Below are positions 1 to 8,224 of a stretch of 40,456 nt of DNA, piece after piece (the stretch's first letter is position 1; the number at the start of each line of letters is the position of its first letter). The notes under the pieces are model-generated. The model was not told the DNA's origin. It did not search any database and was given only the letters and a program-made list of their open reading frames with translations. Origin of the DNA: a virus (lineage: Duplodnaviria; Caudoviricetes); the IMG/VR virus record IMGVR_UViG_3300034171_000184, positions 1-40,456 of that record. One strand, written 5' to 3'. Both the position numbers and the translations under genes were made by a program.

Positions 1-126
1 CAGCAAGGCAATGATAAGCCCTACCTGAAAATAAAGGGTGCTGTTTTTTTGTAAATTTGCACCATGCCTGCTTGTTGCGCGACTTTGGTTCTGACCAACC
101 GAAGTGCATTGTGTTGAATTTTTCAT
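1..126 (-). CDS. tonB: Host energy transducer TonB-like protein, N-terminal part (runs off the window)
   Basis: Minus strand from ATG at 126 reads MKNSTQCTSVGQNQSRATSRHGANLQKNSTLYFQVGLIIALL. HxANLQKNSTLYFQxGL followed by a TM helix resembles the N-terminus of flavobacterial TonB proteins. Confidence 0.7.
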   Translation of the reverse strand, partial: MKNSTQCTSVGQNQSRATSRHGANLQKNSTLYFQVGLIIALL

Positions 127-146
127 GTATAAGGGGTAAAACAAAA
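126..146 (+). repeat. Left terminal inverted repeat (attL)
   Basis: TGTATAAGGGGTAAAACAAAA matches the reverse complement of 40283-40303 (TGTATAATCGGCAAATCAAAA) at 17 of 21 positions. Confidence 0.9.
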
Positions 147-230
147 GGAGCATAAAAAAGAAAAGCTAAAAAAGAGCGTGAACGCCCGTGAATAAAAGAA
201 TCATGGGCTTTTTTATGTCTCAGTGTTAAA

Positions 231-286
231 AAATCAAAATGTACATTCACTGTAATTCCATGTACATTATTAAATCAAAGCTAAGC
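231..286 (+). repeat. Subterminal putative transposase-binding repeats
   Basis: AAATCAAAATGTACATT (231), TAATTCCATGTACATT (253) and AAATCAAAGCTAAGC (272) recur about every 21 bp and share the AAATCAAA core of the right-end sites. Confidence 0.65.
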
Positions 287-454
287 AGAAAAAGGCATTC
301 CATGCAAGGCGTGTGGGCATTCTAGCAAGAAACCCCCGCAATTGGGCTTAAAACCGCCTAATCCTACTCTATCCATTTCGTTTCAAATACTCTTAAATCA
401 GAATTTAAATGAGATTAAACGTTCATTCAAAAATAGGTTCAATTTTCTTTGCTC

Positions 455-487
455 GGACATTTGGGTGGACATTTGGGCGGACACTTT
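455..487. repeat. 12-bp period tandem repeat GGACATTTGGGY, about 2.75 copies
   Basis: GGACATTTGGGT GGACATTTGGGC GGACACTTT in non-coding left-end DNA. Confidence 0.85.
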
Positions 488-687
488 AACGTTTTGTATG
501 CCCTTCTCGGGTAATCATAACCGTTTAAAAGCATGTCAAATAAACCGATAATGCAAAACTCGCACCCCCTTAGCGCATAAATAGAATAAATCAAAAACTA
601 AAAAAGCGCTGATTGACAGCGCTTTATAGAAATGATTTTCTATTTAATTGTTAGAAAGGCTTGTGTGTAACGCACGAAGTGTGCAAT

Positions 688-1392
688 TTACCAACTTGTA
701 TTCATGCTTATGGTGCATTTGATCAAGCCCATGGCGCGGATTTTGGAACGATGAATATCTTTTGCCTGGTGGCTCTCGTTTTGACTGACCAACTTAACAA
801 AATCAATTCCCTCATCGCTTTTCTGCACCCATTTTACGGTAACAAACTCGTCTCCGCTCAGATCAATGCTCAGTAAATACATCTCACCCCAAAAAATATC
901 ATTTTTTATGTCCTGAGTGATTTTATAGGCAACCAAATCACCCGATTTTAGAATAGGAGCCATACTATCACCACCTATATGGATGAAGCCATCACATGGC
1001 GGCAGATTGGGTAAGCTGATATAATCAGTTGGTTGGTGGGTATTACTTTTTTCAAAAAGAGCAACGAGGCCTGCGCTTGCTTCCAGATCATATAGGGGTA
1101 TTACCTGATGCTCAATTTTTTGGTCTGTTCTTAACGAAAAAACGGTAGATGGCGTGTGGGATGCTTCATTTTGATCGTGCTTATTCGATTCCATTTCTCC
1201 CTCACCGGTCATAAACCATATGGGATTTATTTCATACACACTAAGAATTTTTTCTAATACATGGCTTCCTATGCTCTTATTATTATTGATAGCTTTTGAT
1301 ATAGAGCCCCTTGACGCTTCAATGGCGTTCTCAAAGGCATAGACACTTATGCCCTTTTTTTCAATGAATTGCTTGATTCGCTGTGCTACCAT
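688..1392 (-). CDS. CI-like repressor (XRE HTH plus S24 peptidase domain)
   Basis: N-terminal HTH ending in INPIWFMTGEGEM; C-terminal GDSMAP..SGDLV and TVK S24 motifs; divergent from a small Ner/Cro-like gene. Confidence 0.92.
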   Translation of the reverse strand: MVAQRIKQFIEKKGISVYAFENAIEASRGSISKAINNNKSIGSHVLEKILSVYEINPIWFMTGEGEMESNKHDQNEASHTPSTVFSLRTDQKIEHQVIPLYDLEASAGLVALFEKSNTHQPTDYISLPNLPPCDGFIHIGGDSMAPILKSGDLVAYKITQDIKNDIFWGEMYLLSIDLSGDEFVTVKWVQKSDEGIDFVKLVSQNESHQAKDIHRSKIRAMGLIKCTISMNTSW

Positions 1393-1467
1393 TGGAAAAT
1401 AATCTTATGATTTGTTTGATACTAAGAAAATAATCATATATTTGTTGCGTATTAGAAAACAAATGTA
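1393..1467. promoter_or_regulatory. Lysis/lysogeny switch: face-to-face Bacteroidetes promoters and operator repeats
   Basis: Plus-strand TAnnTTTG box TATATTTG at 1437-1444 with TTTG at 1415-1418; minus-strand TACATTTG at 1467-1460; direct repeat GAAAATAATC at 1395 and 1426. Confidence 0.7.
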
Positions 1468-1679
1468 TGCCAAAAATGTTCGCAAAATTCGATGAAAGTC
1501 AAAAAGAAGTTCTTAAGGGTCACGCCACCGGAATCGGTAAAAAGCATGGATGCTCGCCTGCATATGTAAGATTGATAGTGCGAAATAAACGAGAGGTAAA
1601 TACGCCGCTCGCTAAGAAAATAGTCCACGACTTAAATGCACTAGCCGCTTTTTTCACTCCTCAAAACAATAATAAATAA
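1467..1679 (+). CDS. Ner/Cro-like small DNA-binding protein
   Basis: 70 aa basic protein with HTH-like IGKKHGCSPAYVRLIV, located between repressor and transposase. Confidence 0.75.
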   Translation: MPKMFAKFDESQKEVLKGHATGIGKKHGCSPAYVRLIVRNKREVNTPLAKKIVHDLNALAAFFTPQNNNK

Positions 1680-3727
1680 TGCCGCACATCTGGAATGACA
1701 TATTGTGCGTGACCAAAATGGAGCTTATCGGCTCTGGTCTCTTCCCTAGCTATGACGCTTTGCAAAAAAGCCTCAAAAGGCATGAGGATAAGTCTTATGG
1801 TCCAAAACGCGCACAAATGGGTGGTCATTCCAGAAAATTGAGGGTTGATTTTGATTCCCTTCCTAAAAAATACAAACAAGTAATTGGGGATCCACGTAAA
1901 TCAGATCATATACTGGAGAACTATTATAAGGTGGATAGTGAAATGGTTAATTTCTATTCAAACTACCAATTCGAGGATGGACAATACCTAACCCTTGATT
2001 CCCAAGATAAGCACATCACTAACGCCACCATTTTGCAGGCGCTGATCAAATTGGAAATTGACCGCCGCACCGAGCGCATGAATAAAGGTGGCTCGATGCG
2101 CGGTCTGAATACTACCCTTTACAATGACGCCATTAGCTTTATTGAACTCAAAGAAGAGAAAAACCCAGACACCTTTCTTTGTTCATTGCCACGCTCAGAA
2201 CGCCGCCTTTTGGAAAAAGCTTTCAAACCATTTAAAAAGGATGGCCCTGGTGCGATTGTTAAAAAATACAAGTCAAACGACAATGCTCGTAAGGTTTTTA
2301 GTAAAGATGAAAAATTACTAAACGACCTTTTCGGAACTCAGGAACACAAACCTCATGCAACCGAAATCGCCAGACAGTATGAAGCCTTCCTAAATGGCTA
2401 CCTAGAAATCGTAAACGCTAAAACGGGAGAACTCTACAGCCCTAAAGGTTATCCAGCTATCAGTGATCGAACAATCAAGAGCTACTTGGCCAAATGGTAC
2501 AACCGGATCGGTACCGAAGCCAAACGCTCCGGAGATCGCCAAAAACTTATGACAGAATATAGCCCTGCCCACTCCTTTGAACGTCCCAAGTTTGCAGGAT
2601 CGCTACTATCCATTGATGACCGTAACCCACCTTTTGAATATGAAAAAGGGAAAAGGATGTGGTTCTATAATGGTATTGATCTGGCCAGCGAAGCATTTAC
2701 CTGCTTTGTATGGGGGAAAACCAAAGAGGAACTTATAATAAACTTTTACCGCCAGCTGGTACGCAATTACCATGAGTGGGGCTTCAACTTACCGGATGGC
2801 CTAGAATGTGAAAGCTCATTGAACAGCAGTTTCAAAGACACATTTCTTCGGGAAGGCTCCATGTTTCAGGACGTGAGGATCATACCTAATAAGGCAAGGT
2901 CTAAAAAAATTGAGCGCTACTTTGGCGAATTGCGCTACGGTATTGAAAAAGAGCGCATGGGCTGGATCGCCCGACCTTTCGCGCAAAGCGAAAGCAACCA
3001 AGCGGGTCCAGGCAAAAAAACGTACATCCCTTATCCGCAGCTTGTCAATAATTGTCTGGAAGATCTGATGACCTGGAATAATATGCCCCATTCCATTGAT
3101 AAGAAGATCACACGCTGGGATTACTTCTGTGCAAACCAACATGAGAACCTAAAGCCTACTAATTACCGCTCGATCATTCCGCAGCTGGGCTTTAAGACAA
3201 AAACAAGTGTTCATGCCGGGATCATAAATCTACAAGAGAAAAAATTCATCCTGGGCGATCATGACACCATCTACACCGGTGAGAAACTTATCCGCTTGAT
3301 GCGTGAGGTTGAAGGGAAAGATGTAGACATCTACTGGCTCGACGATAATCAGGGTGGAGTTTTCAAAGCTTACATCTTTATTGGCAATCAGATGATTTGC
3401 CAGGCACTCGCCAAACCTACTCCTAACCGTGCCCGCATTGAGCGCACACCAGAACAGGAAGAGCAGTTTGCACTCTTTGCCAAATACGCAATGACAATTG
3501 ACGCCTACCAGCGCGATCAGAAAAATGCACTGGAACCGGTCGCGGTGATCAACCAGAAACCAAAAACGCTCAATAACAACTTTACCATCCCCCAACTCAA
3601 AAACAGGCCATCCACACCAAAGCCAAAACATGATCAACCCGTAGAGGTAATGGCCGATGATGATGATGACTTTAACTACGCTCCCAAGGATAACAGCGCA
3701 GGTGGATGGAAAAACGCTTTTAATTAA
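1679..3727 (+). CDS. MuA/TnsB-like DDE-family transposase
   Basis: 682 aa; RNase H-fold-like segments LLSIDD, GIDLASEAF, LECESSLN and ARSKKIERYFG; immediately followed by an AAA ATPase. Confidence 0.9.
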   Translation: MPHIWNDILCVTKMELIGSGLFPSYDALQKSLKRHEDKSYGPKRAQMGGHSRKLRVDFDSLPKKYKQVIGDPRKSDHILENYYKVDSEMVNFYSNYQFEDGQYLTLDSQDKHITNATILQALIKLEIDRRTERMNKGGSMRGLNTTLYNDAISFIELKEEKNPDTFLCSLPRSERRLLEKAFKPFKKDGPGAIVKKYKSNDNARKVFSKDEKLLNDLFGTQEHKPHATEIARQYEAFLNGYLEIVNAKTGELYSPKGYPAISDRTIKSYLAKWYNRIGTEAKRSGDRQKLMTEYSPAHSFERPKFAGSLLSIDDRNPPFEYEKGKRMWFYNGIDLASEAFTCFVWGKTKEELIINFYRQLVRNYHEWGFNLPDGLECESSLNSSFKDTFLREGSMFQDVRIIPNKARSKKIERYFGELRYGIEKERMGWIARPFAQSESNQAGPGKKTYIPYPQLVNNCLEDLMTWNNMPHSIDKKITRWDYFCANQHENLKPTNYRSIIPQLGFKTKTSVHAGIINLQEKKFILGDHDTIYTGEKLIRLMREVEGKDVDIYWLDDNQGGVFKAYIFIGNQMICQALAKPTPNRARIERTPEQEEQFALFAKYAMTIDAYQRDQKNALEPVAVINQKPKTLNNNFTIPQLKNRPSTPKPKHDQPVEVMADDDDDFNYAPKDNSAGGWKNAFN

Positions 3728-3745
3728 TCAGTAACTAAAATTTCT

Positions 3746-4633
3746 ATGGAATTAACAACAGCATTTAAAAACAAGGTTCGCACTGCGATCTTGACAGACC
3801 GCGCAAACTTTGGCGGCAGCGATAATGCGTATGCAAAAACATTGGGGGTCAATTCAAGCTCCTTTAGCCGCCTTAAAGGTGGAGAGGTAGAACGGATCCT
3901 AAGCGATACTAGCTGGATCACAATTGGCCGTCAACTTCAGGTAAGCATAAAATCCAGTGTCTGGAAGGTAGCTCGAACGGTAGTTTATGTAGAGATCGAG
4001 GATAATCTTAAGATATGCCAGAGCAGAGCCCAGAGCATGGTGCTGGTAGATGACTGCGGTATTGGCAAAACATTCTGCGCCCGTCACATTACACGCAATA
4101 TGCGTAATGCATTCCTTATAGATTGCTCACAGGCCAAAACCCGAATTCAGTTTGTTAAACTACTTGCACGCGCACTGGGTGTAGAAGATAAGGGCAAACA
4201 TGTGGAAGTGAAAAGCAACATTAAATACGCTTTAAACAACCTTGAAACGCCATTGATTGTACTTGATGAGGCCGGAGATCTTGAGTACAGCACACTTCTA
4301 GTGATCAAGGAGTTATGGAATGCCTCAGAGGGCAATGTAGGATGGTACATGATGGGCGCTGATGGCCTTCGCAAAAAAATCAATAAAGGTATCGACAATC
4401 AAAAAGTGGGCTTCGAAGAGCTGTTATCACGATTCTCAGAAAAGTTTATCACTCTGGTGCCACAGGGCAAAGAGAACCGCCGCAATTTTTACGCCCAACT
4501 GATAGGCGATGTGGCCAATGCCAATACCGCCAAGGGAAATATAAACGGCCTGATCCGCAAAACTTACGATAAGGTAGACGATCGCTACAGAAGCCTGCGC
4601 CTGCTTAAAACACTCATCCAGATAGAAAAATAA
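3746..4633 (+). CDS. MuB-like AAA+ ATPase
   Basis: N-terminal HTH, Walker A DDCGIGKT, Walker B LIVLDEAG, LLSRF arginine-finger region. Confidence 0.9.
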   Translation: MELTTAFKNKVRTAILTDRANFGGSDNAYAKTLGVNSSSFSRLKGGEVERILSDTSWITIGRQLQVSIKSSVWKVARTVVYVEIEDNLKICQSRAQSMVLVDDCGIGKTFCARHITRNMRNAFLIDCSQAKTRIQFVKLLARALGVEDKGKHVEVKSNIKYALNNLETPLIVLDEAGDLEYSTLLVIKELWNASEGNVGWYMMGADGLRKKINKGIDNQKVGFEELLSRFSEKFITLVPQGKENRRNFYAQLIGDVANANTAKGNINGLIRKTYDKVDDRYRSLRLLKTLIQIEK

Positions 4634-5268
4634 TGAAGAGAGCCATTAATACCAGAACGGCATTTTCCAAAACATTTGACCGATTTGATTTTAAGGGCGT
4701 GTGGAAGGATGTTTTTGGAAAAGCCATTAAAAACGGCGTATGGATCGTTTTTGGTCCAGAAAAACACGGTAAAACTTGGTTTTCAATCATGTTGGCAGAT
4801 TACCTGAGCAACTTTGAAAAAGTACTCTACATCAGTGCAGAGGAAGGTATGGAAGGAGAGTTCATTGAAGCCATGAAACGCGCACAGGTAGATCCAAGCA
4901 ATACATCGCTGCTGTGGCAAGAATATGTACCACTGGATGAGCTGTATGAGATCTTGGAACGGCGTCAGGCTCCGCAGGTCGTTTTTGTTGACAATGTGAC
5001 CGTATACAAAGATGAGCTTTCCTACGGCGGCTTTCAGAAGCTGTGGAGAGCGTTCCCAAAGACACTCTTTGTGTTTGTGGCACACGAGGAACGCAACGAG
5101 CCCTACACGGCCACCGCAAAGATGATCAAGCGGCTTAGTAAGATCATCATTCGTATACAGGGATTGACCTGTTTTATTTCCGGGCGATGCCCGGGTGGAA
5201 CCTTAATGATCGATGAAGGGAAATCAAAACTCTATCACGGCAATGACATCGCAGATAACGCTCAATAA
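4633..5268 (+). CDS. Second P-loop NTPase (RecA/KaiC-like fold)
   Basis: Walker A GPEKHGKT, VLYISAEEG, VVFVDN and FVFVAHE motifs. Confidence 0.85.
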   Translation: MKRAINTRTAFSKTFDRFDFKGVWKDVFGKAIKNGVWIVFGPEKHGKTWFSIMLADYLSNFEKVLYISAEEGMEGEFIEAMKRAQVDPSNTSLLWQEYVPLDELYEILERRQAPQVVFVDNVTVYKDELSYGGFQKLWRAFPKTLFVFVAHEERNEPYTATAKMIKRLSKIIIRIQGLTCFISGRCPGGTLMIDEGKSKLYHGNDIADNAQ

Positions 5269-5275
5269 CGCAATT

Positions 5276-5602
5276 ATGAAAATCTATGAACTCTTAAAAA
5301 TGTCGCAGAATCAGTACGATCTGCTTGTTTATGGCCTCTGGCTGGAATACTGTTCAAAGAAAGCCTTTTACCCTTCACAAGTACAATTATTAATGGCCAA
5401 TAACGGGCTGTTTATATGGTGGAATGGAAACCTTGAAGTGGTTGAAGAAGAATTTCGGCAGGAAGCTCAGCCCTATCTCCATACCATGACCCCACAAGAT
5501 GCCTACAAACTTTACATAAAGAATACGGCAAAGCTGGCTTTTTACTATAGCTCGCCACTTTTTGAGCGCGCCTTAACTCCAAAAAATCACGACCATGAAT
5601 AA
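5276..5602 (+). CDS. Hypothetical early protein
   Basis: ORF in a tightly packed operon; ATG at 5276 (or 5243) preferred over 5213. Confidence 0.65.
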   Translation: MKIYELLKMSQNQYDLLVYGLWLEYCSKKAFYPSQVQLLMANNGLFIWWNGNLEVVEEEFRQEAQPYLHTMTPQDAYKLYIKNTAKLAFYYSSPLFERALTPKNHDHE

Positions 5603-5828
5603 AAGAGAAATCCTAATGCGAATAGATCTATTGCAAAGTTGGATCCGCCTGGCACGCAATAACCGAGCCTTCCGTTATTACGACATCATGCTCATGCACC
5701 GCGAAATATCTGCCCTCATGGCCGCTGATGATGTGATCTCTTACGACCACCTGAGCATATGCGCCCCTAAATACCAGATCCCCAAAAAATTACAGTGCCG
5801 TATAGATCGAAAGATCTCAAGCTCATGA
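5595..5828 (+). CDS. Hypothetical early protein
   Basis: Overlaps both neighbours; ATGA coupling to the next gene. Confidence 0.65.
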   Translation: MNKREILMRIDLLQSWIRLARNNRAFRYYDIMLMHREISALMAADDVISYDHLSICAPKYQIPKKLQCRIDRKISSS

Positions 5829-6208
5829 AAGCAGATAGGCACTACGCCATTCAAGACATGATAAGCGCCTATCTGATACGCCAGCGCTGGCAGGAAGAAA
5901 ATCAGTTAAAATCAAATAGTAACCTTAAGTATAAATTGAAAATGGAAACAATAACAGAAAATGAAGTAGCAACGCTCAAAGAGCAATTTTTAGTGGAACT
6001 CAGCAAGCCCTTCTCAGAGAAGCACTCTTCCAAGATCGAATTGAATGATCAGGGACTTGTGTCTTTTGTAAAGGTAAACACGCAGGAAACCCTCACAGAT
6101 CAGCAGCTGGATGACCTGATGGATCTTTCGGTAGAATATAACCTTAGAATGCAGATAGGCCGCTCCGGCGCAGGTATCAAAATCGAATTCAAACTCAATA
6201 ACGATTAA
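5825..6208 (+). CDS. Hypothetical early protein
   Basis: ATGA overlap at 5825; alternative internal start at 5942 (METITE). Confidence 0.65.
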   Translation: MKADRHYAIQDMISAYLIRQRWQEENQLKSNSNLKYKLKMETITENEVATLKEQFLVELSKPFSEKHSSKIELNDQGLVSFVKVNTQETLTDQQLDDLMDLSVEYNLRMQIGRSGAGIKIEFKLNND

Positions 6209-6210
6209 TC

Positions 6211-6453
6211 ATGGCAAGATTTGCAAAGCTATTCGATATGCCAGACGGGAATCAGGTACTGGTTACCAAAGAATGGGATGACGATGACGAGAAGGATAAA
6301 ATTACCCAAAGGGTATTTTATTCAGACCTAAATATCTCGATGGATATAGGGTATAAAAGCGAAACTGCCATGAACGAGGCATTCGATGCATATGATCAAA
6401 CAAAGGCTGAAATCTGCCTAAAAGCAGTAAAGGTTATAATCCCAAATAATTAA
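6211..6453 (+). CDS. Hypothetical early protein
   Basis: 80 aa acidic ORF in the operon. Confidence 0.7.
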   Translation: MARFAKLFDMPDGNQVLVTKEWDDDDEKDKITQRVFYSDLNISMDIGYKSETAMNEAFDAYDQTKAEICLKAVKVIIPNN

Positions 6454-6458
6454 TAAAT

Positions 6459-7109
6459 ATGAGCATAGAAACATTAGACCTGAGCAAGCTTTCAAGAAAG
6501 GAACTTGCCGCGGAGATCCTCAGAAGAGATAAGGAAGAAAAAGATACGATTGCCGTTGAGCGGGGCAAACTGGAAAATGATCGGAACGATTTTGTTAGAC
6601 AGACCGTGGCCAAGTTTACTTCAGAAAAAAACGAGTTGCAGACCTTAAAGGAATTCACGATCAAGGAAGCAAATAATCTTGATGCGAGAATGTGGGAAAT
6701 GCACGATAAGGAGCGCAAAGAGCGTAAAAAGTTCACTATAAAAAATGATGAAGATACCGAAAAGGTAGAAGTGCAATACCAAGAGCGTATGGAGTTTACT
6801 GACGAGGCAGATGTATTTATTACCCAGATCCAAGAGATTATGCACGAGAAATTTGCCAAGCGTAATAAAGCCCTCTATGGCTTTTTAGAGCGTCTGCTGT
6901 TCAAAGGGAAAAAGCAAGAATTTGATCCTAAACAGCTCATCAAGGCTAAAAGGGAAGCCCGAGAACTTGGTAACGAAGAGCTGATTGCCAAGTTCAATGC
7001 ACTGGACGATTGCCAGCGGGTTGTAGGCACCTCCATGTATTGCAGGGCGTACAAACGCGATGAGCACGGCAAATACCAAGATGTATCCCTGAACTTTTCA
7101 AGCCTATAA
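6459..7109 (+). CDS. DUF3164-like protein
   Basis: Coiled-coil N-terminus; C-terminal SMYCRAYKRDEHGKYQDVSLNFSSL is typical of this Mu-like phage family. Confidence 0.75.
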   Translation: MSIETLDLSKLSRKELAAEILRRDKEEKDTIAVERGKLENDRNDFVRQTVAKFTSEKNELQTLKEFTIKEANNLDARMWEMHDKERKERKKFTIKNDEDTEKVEVQYQERMEFTDEADVFITQIQEIMHEKFAKRNKALYGFLERLLFKGKKQEFDPKQLIKAKREARELGNEELIAKFNALDDCQRVVGTSMYCRAYKRDEHGKYQDVSLNFSSL

Positions 7110-7111
7110 CC

Positions 7112-7297
7112 ATGGGATTACAATTAGAAAACGGCAATCAGCCGGATACCTTTTGGCTGAATTCGAAATACGTGTATAAAAACATGGAAGGCACCTGGAT
7201 CTGTGAGCAGGAACTCACACCTTCAGAACAGCAATTTTTTGCAGAGCATCAGCGCTCGCTAAATGCTCCCCCTTCGGGCTGGGGGGAAATAGAATAA
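7112..7297 (+). CDS. Hypothetical protein
   Basis: 61 aa, VYKNMEGTWICEQELTPSE; the 3' end is a REP-like palindrome. Confidence 0.7.
   Translation: MGLQLENGNQPDTFWLNSKYVYKNMEGTWICEQELTPSEQQFFAEHQRSLNAPPSGWGEIE
7265..7286. repeat. REP-like palindrome (CCCCC-TTCG-GGG type)
   Basis: GCTCCCCCTTCGGGCTGGGGGG, related to 12314-12337. Confidence 0.6.
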
Positions 7298-7536
7298 GGG
7301 GCGGTACCCGAATCCAAAAGCCCTTGTCAGGGTTGAAGCGCTGTAACTGGCATTTTTCGTAACCCCGTAAAAATCGAACGAAAATAAATGAAGCGGTGGT
7401 ACCGGGCAAGACCATAGCCGCAAGTGACAGAATGACCGCCTGCGTGAGCGATATCACGCAAATGATCAGTAACCAGGTATGTGAGGGGTTCGATTCCCCT
7501 CCTGATCACTAAACCTGTCCCCGCAAAGGCGGGGAT
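7298..7536 (+). ncRNA. Candidate structured RNA region including a tRNA-like minidomain (7463-7511)
   Basis: Series of hairpins; TGATCAG/CTGATCA stem stacked on GAGGGG-TTCGATT-CCCCTC T-arm; no D or anticodon arm. Confidence 0.55.
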
Positions 7537-7551
7537 CTAAAACCAATTATC

Positions 7552-7647
7552 ATGAAACAAGATCTACTTATCATCATCGCAAAATGCGCAATTGTAGCGA
7601 TCCTTCTTTTTATCGCGATCTATTATCCACTAACCTACGGAATATGA
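7552..7647 (+). CDS. 31-aa single-TM peptide (not in ORF track)
   Basis: MKQDLLIIIAKCAIVAILLFIAIYYPLTYGI; A-rich start context; ATGA overlap with the next gene. Confidence 0.65.
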   Translation: MKQDLLIIIAKCAIVAILLFIAIYYPLTYGI

Positions 7648-8072
7648 AAGCAAATGCCAAACAAAAACAGCTCATCCACGTCAACGCTCCCACTCGGGAT
7701 ATTAAAGAAGAATTCGTGCAGTGGGCTACCGAAGATGTAAACAAGATCTCATGCAATGATCTCAGCTTTGATCAAGCCAACGCAATACTTATTAAGCTGG
7801 GGCAAAAACCCGTCAGCAAAAGCAGTTCAGGCTATAAATGGATCGATATGCAACGAAAGGATCATAAAAAGATCTACAGCATAATGATGCAATTGCAGTG
7901 GATGGAAAAGTCCGAAAAATATGGATGGGTGGCATCCAAGAGTGCATTTCAGGATTTCATTGCATCGAAAAAAGCCCCAAAGGTCAAAACTACAGACCTT
8001 TTAAAAATGGATCCCAAAGATATAAGCAAAGTAATAACCGCCCTGGAGGGCAATTTAAGCAAGTACAAATGA
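7644..8072 (+). CDS. GemA/gp16-like (DUF1018-like) regulatory protein
   Basis: QKQLIHV...KISCNDLSFDQANAIL and DISKVITALE resemble the two halves of GemA; start at 7644. Confidence 0.65.
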   Translation: MKANAKQKQLIHVNAPTRDIKEEFVQWATEDVNKISCNDLSFDQANAILIKLGQKPVSKSSSGYKWIDMQRKDHKKIYSIMMQLQWMEKSEKYGWVASKSAFQDFIASKKAPKVKTTDLLKMDPKDISKVITALEGNLSKYK

Positions 8073-8224
8073 ACCCAGTATTTTTAATTGATTGCGCAGC
8101 TGACGGCTGTTATAAAAAAAATCTAGGTAAAGGAAAACAAATGTGCAAAAAGCACCAGGACATGTATGATTCGGGTACAGCGTTCAAAGCCTTTTACGGA
8201 AAAACAGTAAAAAAACCATTATGA
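8069..8224 (+). CDS. Small Cys/His (Zn-finger-like) protein
   Basis: MNPVFLIDCAADGC...MCKKH; ATGA overlaps at both ends. Confidence 0.6.
   Translation: MNPVFLIDCAADGCYKKNLGKGKQMCKKHQDMYDSGTAFKAFYGKTVKKPL

Noticed and set aside
455-487. CRISPR array
   Set aside because: 12-bp tandem units with no spacers and no cas genes.
342-876. ORFs 342-551 and 661-876
   Set aside because: TTG starts; they overlap end repeats or lie antisense to the repressor, with no protein-like features.
7440-7511. Complete tRNA gene
   Set aside because: The T-arm and acceptor-like stem are present, but there is no room for D and anticodon arms.
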